Virus record (IMG/VR): IMGVR_UViG_3300020379_000218
Span: 45,564-109,563 of that record
DNA from: a virus
Taxonomy: Duplodnaviria > Caudoviricetes
DNA length: 64,000 nt
Strand: one strand, 5' to 3'
The translations under genes were made by a program, and so were the position numbers. The notes beneath the pieces are model-generated. The model was not told where the DNA came from. It made no database searches and saw only the letters and a list, made by a program, of their open reading frames with translations. Positions 47,870-57,439 of this stretch are shown here, piece by piece. Position 1 is the stretch's first letter. Every line of letters starts with the position of its first letter.

Positions 47870-49082
47870 AGATTACGCAGATGAAAATGGTTTGCCTATT
47901 ATGGACACTATCCAGTTTGATAGATGGACAGAAGAACTAGGTAAAGAAAAATTTAGAGAATTACTAGCAGAATATATTGCTACTGAAAGACCAAAGTTTC
48001 CTCTCAAACAAATATCATATGAAGATATGAGAAAAAGTATTATTGACTTATCAAAGTTTGATACTTCAAAGATATGTACGCCTAAAGAACAGATTGAAAA
48101 GAAAGTATTTGAGAAGTATGATGATTACGAATATGGTTTTGATAAGTATGGTCTAGGATTGATTGACGCTCCTAGTACATATAATATATCATCTAATTAT
48201 TTTCATCAACATTTAAGATTAAATTGTAGTAGTTATGGTTTCAAAGCACCTATAGATGTATGGCAAAATGGTAATGCAAAAGATGTATGGCGTTGTCTAG
48301 GTCCTATATGGCGTGGTATTAATAGTGAAAGACATTTAAAAGAAGGTACTTATATTAGTGCATTTAGATTAGGTACATATATTGCAACACAATTTAAACC
48401 TGTTGTTGCGAAAACTTTATATGATATGACAAATGCAAGAACGGTATTAGATACCTCTTGTGGTTGGGGTGATAGACTTGCAGGTTTCTTTTCTAGTAGT
48501 GCAGAAGAATATTATGGTTGCGACCCAAACCCTAACACATATAAACAATATATGAAACAGATTGAAGAGTATAGTAAATTCTTTCCTAATAAAAAAGTTA
48601 AGATATATAATTGTGGTGCAGAAGATTTACCTTATGATGAATTACCAGATATAGATTGTGCCTTTACAAGTCCACCATACTTTAGTACTGAACAATATAA
48701 TAAAGGTGGTGATAAAGAAGAAAATCAATCGTGGTTTAAATTCAACGAATACGAGAAGTGGAGAGACGACTTCTATTTACCTGTTGCAGAAAAGACTATG
48801 AGTAAATCAAAGTTTATGTTAGTCAACATTATGGATCCAAAGATTAAGAATGTTAGATATAGGTCAAGTGATGAATTGATAAATAGTCATAGAGAAAAGT
48901 TTTTAGGTCAAATTGGTATGGTTATTATGCAAAGACCTCAAGGTAATGCTAAGTTTAAAACTAAAGAAGAACTGAACGAATTTATGGCAATGAAATATAT
49001 TGAGAATGTTTGGTGTTTCGGTCCTAAAGATTATGATTTCTTCTCTTCTAGTAGAAAAGGTACATTAGAAAACTTTTTATGA
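47847..49082 (+). CDS. DNA amino-methyltransferase (SPPY type)
   Basis: TQFKPVVAK, LDTSCGWGDRL, GCDPN, FTSPPYF. Confidence 0.85.
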   Translation: MMKTLNLKDYADENGLPIMDTIQFDRWTEELGKEKFRELLAEYIATERPKFPLKQISYEDMRKSIIDLSKFDTSKICTPKEQIEKKVFEKYDDYEYGFDKYGLGLIDAPSTYNISSNYFHQHLRLNCSSYGFKAPIDVWQNGNAKDVWRCLGPIWRGINSERHLKEGTYISAFRLGTYIATQFKPVVAKTLYDMTNARTVLDTSCGWGDRLAGFFSSSAEEYYGCDPNPNTYKQYMKQIEEYSKFFPNKKVKIYNCGAEDLPYDELPDIDCAFTSPPYFSTEQYNKGGDKEENQSWFKFNEYEKWRDDFYLPVAEKTMSKSKFMLVNIMDPKIKNVRYRSSDELINSHREKFLGQIGMVIMQRPQGNAKFKTKEELNEFMAMKYIENVWCFGPKDYDFFSSSRKGTLENFL

Positions 49083-49396
49083 TAGGAATGATAAAAGAAA
49101 AAGAATATAACGATTTAAAACCATACTGGGATTATCAAAGAAAAGTTGCATACAATAAAGAACAAGTGTTCAAAATGGTTGCAGGCTTTGAAGGTAGAGT
49201 ATTATCCCACGATGGACCTGTTTCATTAGACGAGTTTAGAACAAACTTGTGGAACAAGATACCATCAGAAGAGTATGAAGACCCACCGAAAGATTGGGTA
49301 CCGGAAGATGAGAATTTACGATTAGAAAACGAAGTATACAAGCCTGGTCGTAAAGTTATTCTCAAAGCAAAACAAGCACAGGCTGTTGACAAATAA
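49079..49396 (+). CDS. Hypothetical protein
   Basis: ATGA overlap; 105 aa. Confidence 0.6.
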   Translation: MIGMIKEKEYNDLKPYWDYQRKVAYNKEQVFKMVAGFEGRVLSHDGPVSLDEFRTNLWNKIPSEEYEDPPKDWVPEDENLRLENEVYKPGRKVILKAKQAQAVDK

Positions 49397-49423
49397 GCAA
49401 CATTAGTATAATATGGAGTAATT

Positions 49424-50437
49424 ATGAGTGATTTTTTAAAAGATATAATTAAAGAGACTGGCAACGAATATGCCACACTTGCAAGTGAAGGTGTGGATGC
49501 TGGTGATGTATCAAACTTTGTTGATACAGGTTGTTATTCATTAAACGCCTTATTATCTGGTACCATTCACGGTGGTATGCCTGGTAATAAAATTACAGCA
49601 ATCGCTGGCGAGGCTGCAACAGGAAAGACTTTCTTTGCATTAGGTATCTGTAAACATTTTTTAGATAACGATAAAGACGCAGGTGTTATTTACTTTGAAA
49701 GTGAAAGTGCCGTATCTAAAAATATGATTGAAGATAGAGGTGTAGATAGTAAAAGATTTGTCGTAGTACCTGTAGCAACCGTACAAGAATTTAGAGCTCA
49801 AGCAATCAAAGTTGTAGACAAGTATCTGGAACAACCAGAAGATAAAAGAAAACCTATTATGTTTGTATTAGATAGTTTAGGTATGTTATCTACTACAAAA
49901 GAAATGCAAGACACAGCAGAAGGTAAAGAGACTAGAGATATGACAAGGTCTCAAATTGTGAAGTCTACATTTAGAGTATTAACTTTGAAACTTGGTAAAG
50001 CAAACATTCCTATGATTATGACCAATCACACCTATGATGTTATTGGTTCAATGTTCCCTCAAAAAGAAATGGGTGGTGGTAGTGGTCTTAAATATGCTGC
50101 CTCATCTATCATCTATCTTGGTAAGAGAAAAGTAAAAGACGGCACAGAAGTTGTCGGTAATATTATTCATTGTAAAAATTACAAGTCAAGGTTGACAAAA
50201 GAAAATGCACAAATTGATGTTATGTTAACTTATGAAAAAGGCCTTGACAAATATTATGGTCTATTAGATATTGCAGTTGAAGAAGGTATCTTCAAAAAAG
50301 TATCTACTAGAATTGAAACGCCTGATGGTAAAAAAGTATTCGGTAAGAATATAATTGAAAATCCTGAAGAGTATTTTACAAAAGAAGTATTAGAGAAGAT
50401 AGATGAAGCAACAAAACGAAAATTCCTCTACGGATAA
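49424..50437 (+). CDS. uvsX: RecA-like recombinase UvsX
   Basis: [24 protein letters not shown]; promoter TTGACA-17-TATAAT at 49386-49414. Confidence 0.96.
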   Translation: MSDFLKDIIKETGNEYATLASEGVDAGDVSNFVDTGCYSLNALLSGTIHGGMPGNKITAIAGEAATGKTFFALGICKHFLDNDKDAGVIYFESESAVSKNMIEDRGVDSKRFVVVPVATVQEFRAQAIKVVDKYLEQPEDKRKPIMFVLDSLGMLSTTKEMQDTAEGKETRDMTRSQIVKSTFRVLTLKLGKANIPMIMTNHTYDVIGSMFPQKEMGGGSGLKYAASSIIYLGKRKVKDGTEVVGNIIHCKNYKSRLTKENAQIDVMLTYEKGLDKYYGLLDIAVEEGIFKKVSTRIETPDGKKVFGKNIIENPEEYFTKEVLEKIDEATKRKFLYG

Positions 50438-50720
50438 AAGATACACCTTTGCACAAAGACCAGGAGACGATTATAGTTGTATAAAAATCGTTGAAGGTAA
50501 GTACAAAGATGTCATATACAAGTATGGCAAGGTACAATTTGCGAAAGATGAAAACGCAGATGGTAAGTTGCCTTTGCAGTTTGAATGGACTCTATTAAAG
50601 AAACCAGAAGAACTGGACTTGGATATTGACAAAGAAGCATTTTTGCAGTATATTGGAGATATATTAGTAGAACTTTTAGAAGAGAGAGTAAATGATGGAA
50701 CAATCCTTGATGACAAATAG
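50403..50720 (+). CDS. Conserved hypothetical protein in the gp40 position
   Basis: Between uvsX and gp41; [13 protein letters not shown]. Confidence 0.6.
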   Translation: MKQQNENSSTDKRYTFAQRPGDDYSCIKIVEGKYKDVIYKYGKVQFAKDENADGKLPLQFEWTLLKKPEELDLDIDKEAFLQYIGDILVELLEERVNDGTILDDK

Positions 50721-52077
50721 ACTTGAAGACACAATCTTAACAAACTTAATATTCAATGAAGAGTATAGTAGAAAAGTATTGCCTTTTCTTAAAGATGAAT
50801 ATTTTGGCACAAGAAGTGATAAAATTTTATTTGCCTCAATTGAAGAGTTTATAACTAAATATAATAATCTTCCTACAAAAGAGACCTTGATTATAGAATT
50901 AAACAATCGGAAAGATATAAACGAGGAAGAGTTTAAGGCTATACGAACAACGATAAACGGATTAACTCCGCAAGAAAATGATATACAATGGTTGTTTGAC
51001 ACTACGGAGAAATTCTGTAAAGACAAGGCGGTAAACAATGCAGTACTTAACGGCATTAAAATCTTGGATGGAAAAGACCAGAAAAGAACTCCAGAGGCCA
51101 TTCCTTCAATTTTATCTGAAGCTCTTGCTGTGTCTTTTGATAATCATATTGGGCACGATTACATTGGGGATGCAGATGATAGATTTGATTATTACCACAG
51201 GAAAGAATTAAGACTTCCTTTTGATTTACAATATTTTAATCGTATAACTAAAGGCGGTGTTCCGCAGAAAACTTTAAATGTTTGTCTTGCAGGTACAGGT
51301 GTAGGTAAATCTTTGTTTATGTGTCACCTCGCCGCCTCTAGTTTACTTGAAGGTAAGAATGTATTATACATTACACTTGAAATGGCAGAAGAAAGAATTG
51401 CCGAAAGAATTGACGCAAACTTATTAGATGTAACCACAGACGACTTACACGCTTTACCTAAACAAATGTTTGATGATAGAATTGAGAAGTTAAAGAAGAG
51501 AAGTCCTGGTACATTAATTGTCAAAGAATATCCTACAGCGTCTGCTCATAGTGGACATTTCAAAGCATTATTAAATGAACTTGCATTAAAGAAAAGTTTT
51601 AAACCTGATGTATTGATGATTGACTATCTTAACATATGTGCTTCTAGTAGATTTAAAGGTGGTAATATATCATCTTATTTCTATATCAAAGCAATCGCCG
51701 AAGAGTTAAGAGGTCTTGCTGTTGAGTTTAAATTACCTATATTTACTGCCACTCAAACAACTAGAAGTGGTTTTGTATCTACAGACATTGGTCTGGAAGA
51801 TACTTCTGAAAGTTTTGGTCTACCGGCAACTGCTGACTTTATGTTTGCTTTGATGTCTAGTGAAGAACTAGATAGTCTTAATCAGATGAAAGTAAAACAA
51901 TTGAAGAACAGATATAGTGACCCAGCAATCAATCGTAGTTTTATTATCGGCGTTGATAGAAGTAAGATGAGATTGTATGATGTAGAGCAAAAGGCACAAA
52001 ACATTGTAGACGCCAATCAGGAGAAAGATATTGCTGAAACAGACCCTTACGACAAGTTTTCAGACTTTAAAGTTTAA
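50710..52077 (+). CDS. gp41: Replicative helicase gp41
   Basis: AGTGVGKS, ITLEMAEE, IDYLNI, TATQTTR, SESFGLP, LKNRY. Confidence 0.96.
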   Translation: MTNRLEDTILTNLIFNEEYSRKVLPFLKDEYFGTRSDKILFASIEEFITKYNNLPTKETLIIELNNRKDINEEEFKAIRTTINGLTPQENDIQWLFDTTEKFCKDKAVNNAVLNGIKILDGKDQKRTPEAIPSILSEALAVSFDNHIGHDYIGDADDRFDYYHRKELRLPFDLQYFNRITKGGVPQKTLNVCLAGTGVGKSLFMCHLAASSLLEGKNVLYITLEMAEERIAERIDANLLDVTTDDLHALPKQMFDDRIEKLKKRSPGTLIVKEYPTASAHSGHFKALLNELALKKSFKPDVLMIDYLNICASSRFKGGNISSYFYIKAIAEELRGLAVEFKLPIFTATQTTRSGFVSTDIGLEDTSESFGLPATADFMFALMSSEELDSLNQMKVKQLKNRYSDPAINRSFIIGVDRSKMRLYDVEQKAQNIVDANQEKDIAETDPYDKFSDFKV

Positions 52078-52081
52078 ACTT

Positions 52082-52345
52082 ATGCCTAGAAAATCAACTA
52101 AACCTATCAAACAAAAACAAAGTAGAATGCTTGAGAAAGGCGAGAAACTTCATTACACTAAAGTAATGATTAAGAAAAAAGGAAAGATTTACTGGAGAGT
52201 TATAGAAAAACCTACCAATGTAATAGTAAAAGATTTCTTTTTTGAAAAAGACGCCAGAGCATTAGTTAGATTTCAAAACAAACACCGTGTATGGGAAGTC
52301 AATGGTGGTATCCCACACTTTCTTTGTGAATTAAATCCAAAATAA
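52082..52345 (+). CDS. Small basic hypothetical protein
   Basis: MPRKSTKP...; follows gp41. Confidence 0.55.
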   Translation: MPRKSTKPIKQKQSRMLEKGEKLHYTKVMIKKKGKIYWRVIEKPTNVIVKDFFFEKDARALVRFQNKHRVWEVNGGIPHFLCELNPK

Positions 52346-52368
52346 TTTATTTTTTGCTCGTTTTTTGC

Positions 52369-52397
52369 TTGACACTATGCTGTATGCGTGTTATAGT
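52369..52397 (+). promoter_or_regulatory. Early promoter module
   Basis: T tracts then GC-TTGACA-17-TATAGT, then AAAAGGA RBS. Confidence 0.75.
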
Positions 52398-52429
52398 ATA
52401 CACATAATCAAACAGAAAAGGACTAAATT

Positions 52430-52711
52430 ATGAACTTTCCACTTAAAAATACTAACGACCAAATCAACTTCTTGTCTGCTGACAACGGAGAAATTCAAAT
52501 ACAGACCGAACAAGGTCTTATCTACAACACAGCGAAAGTAGAAACTATCGCTAAAATCATTAAGAACCATACCATTCCTATGGACGGTGTTATGTCTTCT
52601 TCATCTATGGACTTTGCAGATGAATATGGATTTAAGACTTGGGACGGCGCTCAGAAGTTGTGGCAAGCTGCCTGTGATATGGTTGCAAACGAAATACTAG
52701 AAACAGCATAA
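52430..52711 (+). CDS. Hypothetical early protein
   Basis: Own promoter and RBS; SSSMDFADEYGF. Confidence 0.65.
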   Translation: MNFPLKNTNDQINFLSADNGEIQIQTEQGLIYNTAKVETIAKIIKNHTIPMDGVMSSSSMDFADEYGFKTWDGAQKLWQAACDMVANEILETA

Positions 52712-52727
52712 AGGATAATCCAAGTGA

Positions 52728-52804
52728 GGCCTCGTAGCTCAACTGGATAGAGCACCAGTCTTCTAAACTGGATGTTGCAGGTTCAAGTCCTGCCGAGGTC
52801 GCCA
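52728..52804 (+). tRNA. tRNA-Arg (anticodon TCT)
   Basis: Acceptor GGCCTCG/CGAGGTC, D arm GCTC/GAGC, anticodon stem CCAGT-CTTCTAA-ACTGG, T arm GCAGG-TTCAAGT-CCTGC, encoded CCA. Confidence 0.96.
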
Positions 52805-52867
52805 GCTTGACAAATCCATAAATATGTAGTAGTATTAATCATTATATAAACTTTTATGGAGATATAA

Positions 52868-54286
52868 ATGGCAGTTTTTAAGAAAGACGACTTTATCAGA
52901 CAAGGGCAACCTTACCGTGCCAAAAGTGGTAAGTATGCAGGTAAAACTAGGTTTGAAATTGTTGAGTTAATGATTAAGAACAAAGAGAGATTTGTAGAAG
53001 GTGCTACTTCTTCTGGTCGTAAACTAGAAGGTATGTCTGTAGTATCTAAAAAAGGTGAATGGCCTTGTGTGATTAAAGTTAAATCAGATACAGGTAATAA
53101 GTCAGAAGAAATCTCACTTACTAAAGTTTACAAGTCGCCACTCTTCGGAGGTGGTGGAGGTTCTGGAGGTGGTGCAGCTGTAACCGCAGTAACCGAAAGT
53201 GGTCAATGTTATTATTGTTCACTAGCATTTAATGTAGTACGAGGACCTATTAAATTAGAACATTGTACAGACGAGAACTTTACAAAGGCTGCTCGTTATG
53301 TTCAAGCAACCGTATCGTACAAAGCATTTAAAGATAGAGTACCATCTGATTGGATTGAAAGTGGTACATTTATAAAAACAGCAAATGTAGTTTATAAAAA
53401 GTATTCAAGTAAAATTTCTGGTGCAACATACTTTCATAGAGGTAGTCCTTTTATGGCAAAAGTATATGCAGCCAAAAAAGAAGTAGTGCGATTAGATAAA
53501 GCAATGGCACAAAAAGATGGTAGAGCACCTGCCGCTCCTGGTAGTTTTTCAGATGACAAATGGAATCCAGGTGATATATGGATGACGACAATGAGTCCTG
53601 GTGCAGACCCATTAATGCAGTTTAAAAAAGATTGGGGTGTATTAAATCAAGCAGTACTAGATAAGGCTGGTAGATTGAATACTCCTAGAACTTTCTTATT
53701 AGGTATCTCTCTAAAGAAATTAGGTAGTACCGTTAAGTTAGAAGAATACAATGCTCCTGATAGAGTGAAGTTAGTATCACACCCATTTAAGAGATTTGTA
53801 TTTGGAAGAAATAATGATTTCTTTTCGTCAATTGATATGTATATGTACATAGGTCAAGCGAATGTTCAGTTTAGAGCATTTAATTCTACTTCAAGTTGGC
53901 AAGGAGAAATAAAAGGATTGAGTGCTGCCGGTGGTAAAATCGGTGGTGGTAATTTGAATTTTTATTGCGAGAAACACATACGAAAATCTATAGGTCAACA
54001 AGGCATAATGAACGGTTGGAGAGAAACACCTAGTAATCAAGTCAAGTTAAATGATATGTATTACCTATATAAGAAGTATGCGAAGAATCCTTGTGATGTA
54101 AAACAATTTATCAAACAATGTTTAGAAAAAGGTGGTAGTTTTATATTCAGTAAGAATATGTGCCTTCTCTTTTTAGACACAATGATGTCGGCAACCTCTA
54201 CACAAAGAAATAAAGTATGTACAGATATTATAAAATATGCAGCTTCTAGTACTGATTTATCATCTTTTTATGTGAAGGTGTCATAA
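52868..54286 (+). CDS. Putative PD-(D/E)xK-like nuclease
   Basis: TESGQC, DKWNPGDIW, LLGISLKK. Confidence 0.55.
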   Translation: MAVFKKDDFIRQGQPYRAKSGKYAGKTRFEIVELMIKNKERFVEGATSSGRKLEGMSVVSKKGEWPCVIKVKSDTGNKSEEISLTKVYKSPLFGGGGGSGGGAAVTAVTESGQCYYCSLAFNVVRGPIKLEHCTDENFTKAARYVQATVSYKAFKDRVPSDWIESGTFIKTANVVYKKYSSKISGATYFHRGSPFMAKVYAAKKEVVRLDKAMAQKDGRAPAAPGSFSDDKWNPGDIWMTTMSPGADPLMQFKKDWGVLNQAVLDKAGRLNTPRTFLLGISLKKLGSTVKLEEYNAPDRVKLVSHPFKRFVFGRNNDFFSSIDMYMYIGQANVQFRAFNSTSSWQGEIKGLSAAGGKIGGGNLNFYCEKHIRKSIGQQGIMNGWRETPSNQVKLNDMYYLYKKYAKNPCDVKQFIKQCLEKGGSFIFSKNMCLLFLDTMMSATSTQRNKVCTDIIKYAASSTDLSSFYVKVS

Positions 54287-54290
54287 GACT

Positions 54291-54298
54291 TATAAATA
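54291..54298 (+). promoter_or_regulatory. Late promoter heading the 54366-63331 operon
   Basis: Exact TATAAATA in the intergenic gap. Confidence 0.75.
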
Positions 54299-54365
54299 TA
54301 AGAGACGAAGTGAGTATTATATTGATGGATAGTTTATTTGTATATGGAAAAAATGAAGGACAACA

Positions 54366-55580
54366 ATGTTTAGTTTTAAAGGATATTCTAGCTCAGGTAC
54401 GAACACACACCTAGAGCATTTAGAAGACGAAATTATTAATAACGGAGCCAAAGGCGGTAGAAACGCAATAGCATTTTTACAATCTTTGCAGAAAATGTTA
54501 ACAGGTAATGTTAGCAATAGAGTAAATGTAACCGTTAAGTGGGACGGTGCTCCTGCGATAGTATGTGGAATCAATCCTGAAAACGGCAAATTCTTTGTCG
54601 GTACAAAATCTGTATTCAATAAAACTCCTAAAATCAATTACACTTCAGCAGACATTAATAGAAATCACCCAGGTGGTGTCGGTGCAAAATTACAAGTTGC
54701 ATTGAGAGAATTAAAAAAATTGGGTATAAGAGGTATCGTACAAGGCGATTGTCTCTTTACCAATGAAGATAAGAAAGTGGCAAACATAGATGGACAATCT
54801 ATGATTACCTTTACTCCTAACACAATAACATATGCTATGCCTGTTGCTAGTGCTGTCGGTCGTAAGATTGCTCGTGCTAGAATGGGCATAGTGTTCCATA
54901 CACAATATACAGGTTCAAAGATGTCTGAACTAAATGCCAACTATGGATATGTTAAAGGTATTAGAAGTGGTAGTGTATGGGTACCATCAGCAGAATATAA
55001 AGACGCAAGTGGTAGTGCCAGTTTCAATCGTGGAGAAGTTGCCAAGTTTAATGCACAATTAAGAATGGCACAAGGAAGTTTATCTAAAGCAGGTCCTATG
55101 TTAAATCAGTTTGATAGTAGAGACCCGAATAGTGTAGGTTTTAAATTAAAAACTTATTTCAATAGTATCGTAAGAGGTACACAAGGTATGGGAAGTGTTA
55201 AATCATTAGTAGATGGTTTTGGTCCATACTATGAGAATTTTATCAATGCAGAAATAGACGCAAGAAAAACAGCAAAAGGTAAAGAAAAATTTAAACAAGC
55301 AAAAGAAGAGAATATGAAATTTATTGCAAGAAATAAACAAGCACTTTATTTTGCAATTGCAACATATGTAACCTTACAGAATTGCAAAAACATTGTACTA
55401 CAAAAACTAGCACAGATACAATCAATCGGACATTTTTTAAGAACTGATAATGGTTATAAGGTAACATCACCTGAAGGTTATGTTGCAACAGATAAGATTG
55501 GTAATGTAGTTAAACTTGTAGACAGATTAGAATTTAGTAGAGCAAACTTTACTATTGCAAAAGATTGGGTGAAAGGATAA
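54366..55580 (+). CDS. Conserved T4-like protein with ligase-type nucleotidyltransferase motifs
   Basis: NTHLEHLED; TVKWDG (KxDG), VQGD, EGYV, VKLVDR. Confidence 0.6.
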   Translation: MFSFKGYSSSGTNTHLEHLEDEIINNGAKGGRNAIAFLQSLQKMLTGNVSNRVNVTVKWDGAPAIVCGINPENGKFFVGTKSVFNKTPKINYTSADINRNHPGGVGAKLQVALRELKKLGIRGIVQGDCLFTNEDKKVANIDGQSMITFTPNTITYAMPVASAVGRKIARARMGIVFHTQYTGSKMSELNANYGYVKGIRSGSVWVPSAEYKDASGSASFNRGEVAKFNAQLRMAQGSLSKAGPMLNQFDSRDPNSVGFKLKTYFNSIVRGTQGMGSVKSLVDGFGPYYENFINAEIDARKTAKGKEKFKQAKEENMKFIARNKQALYFAIATYVTLQNCKNIVLQKLAQIQSIGHFLRTDNGYKVTSPEGYVATDKIGNVVKLVDRLEFSRANFTIAKDWVKG

Positions 55581-55581
55581 T

Positions 55582-56181
55582 ATGGACACATTTAAACAAT
55601 ACCTATTTAATTATTTAAATGAAGCAAAACAAACCAGAGTTATCATAATGGGTGGTCCTGGAAGTGGTAAATCAACTTATAGTGAATACATTATAAGACA
55701 CTTCGGTATCAAACATATTTACCCAGGTGGTTTATTAAGAAAAGAAATTGATAAAGGTGGTCCTGAAGGACAAAAGATTAAGAACTTATTAGACCAAGGT
55801 AAGTTTGCACCTAACGAAACGGTATTAAAATTAGTTAAGAAAGCATTACAAGAGAAAGACGCTTCAAAAGGTTATGTGTTAGATGGTTATCCTAGATATA
55901 TGCAACAAGTAAGAGATATGGAACAAAATGGTATCGCTTATGATGTTGTTGTATTCCTTGATGTGAGTAAAGAAGAAGTTATTAAGAGACTTACAAAGAG
56001 AGGAAGAAAAGATGATAAGCCAGATATTATTAATGATAGAATCCAGTTATACAAAAAAGAGACAGGACCTGCCATTGAACATTTTAGGAAAAGACCTGGG
56101 TTTATATCTGTCAAAGCAGAAGGAAAAGAACCTGGCGATATTGCGAAAGACATTATTAAGGAGATAGAAAATGCAATTTAA
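55582..56181 (+). CDS. adk: Adenylate/NMP kinase, short LID
   Basis: GGPGSGKST, GGLLRKE, LDGYPR, RGRKDD. Confidence 0.9.
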   Translation: MDTFKQYLFNYLNEAKQTRVIIMGGPGSGKSTYSEYIIRHFGIKHIYPGGLLRKEIDKGGPEGQKIKNLLDQGKFAPNETVLKLVKKALQEKDASKGYVLDGYPRYMQQVRDMEQNGIAYDVVVFLDVSKEEVIKRLTKRGRKDDKPDIINDRIQLYKKETGPAIEHFRKRPGFISVKAEGKEPGDIAKDIIKEIENAI

Positions 56182-56488
56182 TGAATATCAAACTCTCGCT
56201 GCCAACACAGCAATATATCCACTTGCAAGTAAGGTAACTTATCCTGCATTAGGATTATGTGGTGAAGCAGGTGAAGTCGCAGAAAAAGTTAAGAAGAATA
56301 TTAGAGACGGTGCAAGTGAAACATTTAAAGAAGATATGAAAAAAGAACTAGGTGATGTACTATGGTATGTATCAGCACTCGCTAGAGATTTAGATATTAC
56401 ACTTGAAGATGTTGCAAATGCAAACTTAAAAAAATTAGAAGATAGAAAGAATAGAAACAAAATTAAAGGTAGTGGAGATGACCGATAA
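56171..56488 (+). CDS. mazG: MazG-like NTP pyrophosphohydrolase
   Basis: LGLCGEAGEVAEKVKK, KELGDVLWY, NLKKL. Confidence 0.9.
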   Translation: MQFNEYQTLAANTAIYPLASKVTYPALGLCGEAGEVAEKVKKNIRDGASETFKEDMKKELGDVLWYVSALARDLDITLEDVANANLKKLEDRKNRNKIKGSGDDR

Positions 56489-56768
56489 GTATAGACCTTT
56501 ACCAGATAATATTACAATTAAATTATCGCCCATAGAAGGTTTTGGTTTATTCGCTACAAAGAAGATTGATAAGATGACAGATTTAGGTATATCTCATTTA
56601 ACTATGGGAAGAGAATTATATAGAACACCACTTGGTGGTTTCTTAAATCATAGTGATAAACCTAATTGTCAAAAGATAGAAGTTGATGGAAAATATTATG
56701 TACAAACACTAACAGATATTAAAAAAGGAGAAGAGTTAACTTTAAAGTATACTCTATATAAAGTATGA
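56478..56768 (+). CDS. Minimal SET-domain methyltransferase
   Basis: SPIEGFGLFA, FLNHSDKPNC, IKKGEELTLKY. Confidence 0.88.
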   Translation: MTDKYRPLPDNITIKLSPIEGFGLFATKKIDKMTDLGISHLTMGRELYRTPLGGFLNHSDKPNCQKIEVDGKYYVQTLTDIKKGEELTLKYTLYKV

Positions 56769-57439
56769 AGACTTTTAAAGCACTAATACAAGAAGGCGTT
56801 TACGACCCAGGTATATTCAAAGCGTTCTTCCTTGCAGGTGGTCCAGGTTCTGGTAAATCATATGTTACCAATAGAACAACTGGAGGTATGGGTTTGAAGT
56901 TAGTAAACTCCGATATAAGATTTGAAAAATATTTAACAAAGGCAGGTCTCTCATTGAAAATGCCTGACAAAGAAGCAGACGCTAGAGACCCATTAAGACA
57001 AAGAGCAAAACAGGTTACTGGTGACCAGATGGACTTATATATTAGAAATAGATTAGGTCTAGTCATTGACGCTACTGGTAGAGACTATAACATTATTAAT
57101 AAACAAAGAAGTATGTTAAGAATGTTAGGTTACGATACTTATATGATGTTCGTAAATACTTCACTAGAAGTTGCATTAGCAAGAAACAAAGTAAGAACAA
57201 GAAGCGTACCACCTGAAATCGCAAAGAAAAGTTGGTCTGTCGTACAAAGTAATATCGGTAGATTTCAAAACTTATTTGGTGGTCAGAATATGATTGTTGT
57301 TGATAATAATAACGCAAGTGAAGATACATTAAATAAAGTATACACACGAATTAGAGGTTTAGTTAACAAACCTGTCCAGAATTTTGTTGCAAAAAGATGG
57401 ATAGAAAACGAGTTATCTAAAAAGAAAAATGCCAGATAA
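56765..57439 (+). CDS. Zeta-toxin/polynucleotide-kinase-like P-loop kinase
   Basis: LAGGPGSGKS, VNSD, LVIDATG, RNKVRTRSVP. Confidence 0.8.
   Translation: MKTFKALIQEGVYDPGIFKAFFLAGGPGSGKSYVTNRTTGGMGLKLVNSDIRFEKYLTKAGLSLKMPDKEADARDPLRQRAKQVTGDQMDLYIRNRLGLVIDATGRDYNIINKQRSMLRMLGYDTYMMFVNTSLEVALARNKVRTRSVPPEIAKKSWSVVQSNIGRFQNLFGGQNMIVVDNNNASEDTLNKVYTRIRGLVNKPVQNFVAKRWIENELSKKKNAR

Noticed and set aside
56171-56200. MazG N-terminus MQFNEY as a capsid-targeting sequence
   Set aside because: This start is typical of the MazG-like family itself
56765-57439. Zeta toxin-antitoxin module
   Set aside because: No epsilon-like antitoxin, and context is a late enzyme operon; only the kinase fold is supported
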